A DNA stretch of 25,003 nucleotides from a virus (taxonomy: Duplodnaviria; Caudoviricetes): IMG/VR virus record IMGVR_UViG_3300042891_000381, positions 1 through 25,003 of that record; one strand, 5' to 3'. Under the pieces are notes generated by a model that worked only from the letters and a program-made list of their open reading frames with translations, was not told the origin of the DNA and made no database searches. Every line of letters starts with the position of its first letter. Positions within the stretch are counted from its first letter, which is position 1. Both the position numbers and the translations under genes were made by a program. This document shows positions 22,749 through 25,003 of the stretch, piece by piece.

Positions 22749-25003
22749 ATGAAGATTAAAGTTACCACAAGTAATACAACTACTGCTGCTACAATTGGTG
22801 CGAACAAAGTTCGTGGTGATCGTGTAGTCGCGACAACTGGCGATGGCGGCATTACAAACCTCGCCACTGGTAACGGTTTAACTGGCGGTCCGATTACATT
22901 AACTGGTACCATTTCCGCCAATTCAGCAAATGTGAATCAAGCTGGTGTTGTTCAACTAAACGACACAGTGACTTCCAATAGTGTCACACGCGCAGCCACA
23001 CCAAACTCAGTTAATGCTGTATATCTCGTTTCTACATCTGCATATAACATAGCGAATCTTGCTTACGCTCAAGCAAACTCAGTATTCGATCAGGCTAATT
23101 TAAAACTTAATATTGCTGGTGGCACAATCACAGGCAGTTTGACGATTGATGGCAATCTAACTGTCTCTGGCAACACAACAACACTTAATGTAGAAACGTT
23201 AAGCGTTGAAGACAACGAAATTATTTTAAATTCCAGTTTAACTGGAACACCAACTCTTAATGCTAGCATTACTGTTAATCGCGGTAACTCAACCAATGTG
23301 TTTCTTCGCTGGGACGAAAGCACAGATAATTGGGGTTGGTCTGATGTTAATGGTAATTTTTACAGTTTTCAAATCGCGCGCGATGCATATAATCAAGCAA
23401 ACACTGGATACAATATTGCTGTTGATGCGAACAACACTGCAATTAATGCAAACACAACTGCTAATGGTGCGTTCAATCAAGCAAACCTAGCATATTCGTT
23501 AGCCAACGCTGCATATGCTCAAGCAAATTCAGACTATCAGCCAGCTGTAACTGAATTGGCAGTGACGAATAACGGCGCAACAGCATATCGATTTGATCAG
23601 TACGGCACAGTAGATAATCCTGCAATATATGTTCGCGCTGGTGAAACCATTGCGTTTAATTTAAATAATGCAGGGCATCCATTTACGATTCGTGTGTCAA
23701 GTGGCGGCGCAAATTATGACACAGGATTAACTCACGTTGCAACAAATGGCACTGTAAGCACTGGGTCTAGCGCACAAGGTAAAGTCAGTGGTAAACTGTA
23801 CTGGAAAATTCCTTATGCGCTACAAGGTAATGCATATGTTTATCAGTGTACAGTGCATAGCGGAATGGTCGGTAACATTGTTATCGAAACTAATAGTGCA
23901 ACCATTTATGCTCAAGCAAATGCTGCTTATAATCAAGCAAACGCAGCGTATACACAAGCAAACAATGCATATAGTCAGGCGAACACAGCAACATCGATTG
24001 CTCAAAATGCTTATGATCAAGCAAACACTGCGAATGTTACTGCAGGAATTGGCTACATCATTGCAACTTCTGCTTATGGTCAAGCGAATGCAGCCAGACT
24101 TCAAGCGAATAATGCCTACGCGCAAGCAAATCTAGCCTATGATGCTGCAAATAATGCAGCAGTTAAAGTAACAGCAAACTCAGGCGCATCGTTCTCTGCG
24201 AATACATTATCATTTAATAATACAGCAACTGTATCTGTTACTGTAGAACAAAATGGCACGAATGCAAATATCTCGTTTACTGCTGCTCCGCAAGTTATTG
24301 TCAACGACACATATACTGCGCAAGGAAACGTAACTGCTGCTGCAACTGCGAACATTGCGAATGGATTATATCTAATCGCTACTAATGCATATGGGCAAGC
24401 AAATGCTGCTTATAGTGCAGCAAATTCTAAATTAAGTTTAACAGGTGGTTCGCTCAGCGGATCACTTAATATTAGCGGTGATTTGAATGTTACGAGTGGT
24501 AACATTTATCTATCTGGTAACACAACCTTCATCAACGTAGCAACATTCGTTGTTGATGATGCGTTAATTTATCTTGGTTCAAATAATACAATTAGCGACA
24601 CAGTTGATCTTGGATTTGTTGCTGCAAAAAATAATGGTCCGCAAACAACACATACTGGTCTTGCTCGCGATGCTTCCGATGGCACTTGGTACTTGTTTGA
24701 CAATTTACCAGACGCAGGGCATCAATCAAATGTTATTGATTTTGCTAACACAAACCTAGCAACACTTCGTGCTAATATTAATGCTAATAGCATTTTATTA
24801 TCTGGAAATTCTGTTGCGACTGTTATAGACGTTTCAGCTGCATACAATCAAGCCAATCTTGCGTATAATGCTGCGAACAATGCAGCTGTAAGAGTCACTG
24901 CTAATTCTGGTTCTACTGTTTCAGCGAATGTATTATCCTTTAATAACACATCATCGATTGCAGTTACAGTAACTGGAGCTGGATCTAATGCGAATGTTTC
25001 GTT
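22749..25003 (+). CDS. Long tail fibre-like protein (3'-truncated; absent from the ORF track)
   Basis: Manual translation from ATG 22749 (MKIKVTTSN...) stays open to the window end. It contains a tail-fibre repeat (AGVVQLNDTVTSNSVTRAATPNSV), AYxQANx heptads, GGTITGSLTIDGNLTVSGNTT beta segments and a cupredoxin-like domain. Confidence 0.88.
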   Translation, partial: MKIKVTTSNTTTAATIGANKVRGDRVVATTGDGGITNLATGNGLTGGPITLTGTISANSANVNQAGVVQLNDTVTSNSVTRAATPNSVNAVYLVSTSAYNIANLAYAQANSVFDQANLKLNIAGGTITGSLTIDGNLTVSGNTTTLNVETLSVEDNEIILNSSLTGTPTLNASITVNRGNSTNVFLRWDESTDNWGWSDVNGNFYSFQIARDAYNQANTGYNIAVDANNTAINANTTANGAFNQANLAYSLANAAYAQANSDYQPAVTELAVTNNGATAYRFDQYGTVDNPAIYVRAGETIAFNLNNAGHPFTIRVSSGGANYDTGLTHVATNGTVSTGSSAQGKVSGKLYWKIPYALQGNAYVYQCTVHSGMVGNIVIETNSATIYAQANAAYNQANAAYTQANNAYSQANTATSIAQNAYDQANTANVTAGIGYIIATSAYGQANAARLQANNAYAQANLAYDAANNAAVKVTANSGASFSANTLSFNNTATVSVTVEQNGTNANISFTAAPQVIVNDTYTAQGNVTAAATANIANGLYLIATNAYGQANAAYSAANSKLSLTGGSLSGSLNISGDLNVTSGNIYLSGNTTFINVATFVVDDALIYLGSNNTISDTVDLGFVAAKNNGPQTTHTGLARDASDGTWYLFDNLPDAGHQSNVIDFANTNLATLRANINANSILLSGNSVATVIDVSAAYNQANLAYNAANNAAVRVTANSGSTVSANVLSFNNTSSIAVTVTGAGSNANVS

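Noticed and set aside
23090-24759. Short ORFs listed in the track over the last 2 kb
   Set aside because: All lie within the long open + frame starting at 22749, which the track missed because it has no stop inside the window.
1-25003. Alternative genetic code, tRNAs, introns/inteins, homing endonucleases, strong intrinsic terminators
   Set aside because: The genes are long and tightly packed under the standard code. No cloverleaf, intein or endonuclease motifs, or GC-rich stem plus U-tract were recognised by eye.

Overview
This 25 kb window comes from a large T4-like (Tevenvirinae/cyanophage-type) myophage genome, and every credible gene is on the + strand. It contains: (1) a baseplate module: gp25 (5'-truncated), gp6, gp7-like, gp8 and a VrlC/DUF4815-like structural protein apparently encoded as two ORFs; (2) a beta-repeat fibre and a 609-aa Tyr/Pro/Asn repeat protein; (3) a four-gene cassette behind its own sigma70-type promoter: a prolyl-4-hydroxylase-like 2OG-Fe(II) oxygenase, two paralogous unknown proteins and a Gnt1/GT60-like GlcNAc transferase; (4) a small adaptor-like structural protein and a 3'-truncated fibre with a cupredoxin-like motif, which the ORF track omits. 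The main discovery is in ORF 17239-19068. Two arms of 31 short repeat units, each either Tyr-Asn type (N) or Tyr-Pro type (P), flank a unique tip domain. The C-terminal arm is the exact 'reverse complement' (reversed order, N<->P swapped) of the N-terminal arm at 31/31 positions, and I see no DNA inverted repeat behind it. This suggests a long self-pairing protein hairpin with a binary pairing code, possibly hydroxylated and glycosylated by the adjacent cassette. Family assignments are from motif recognition only; no database searches were run.
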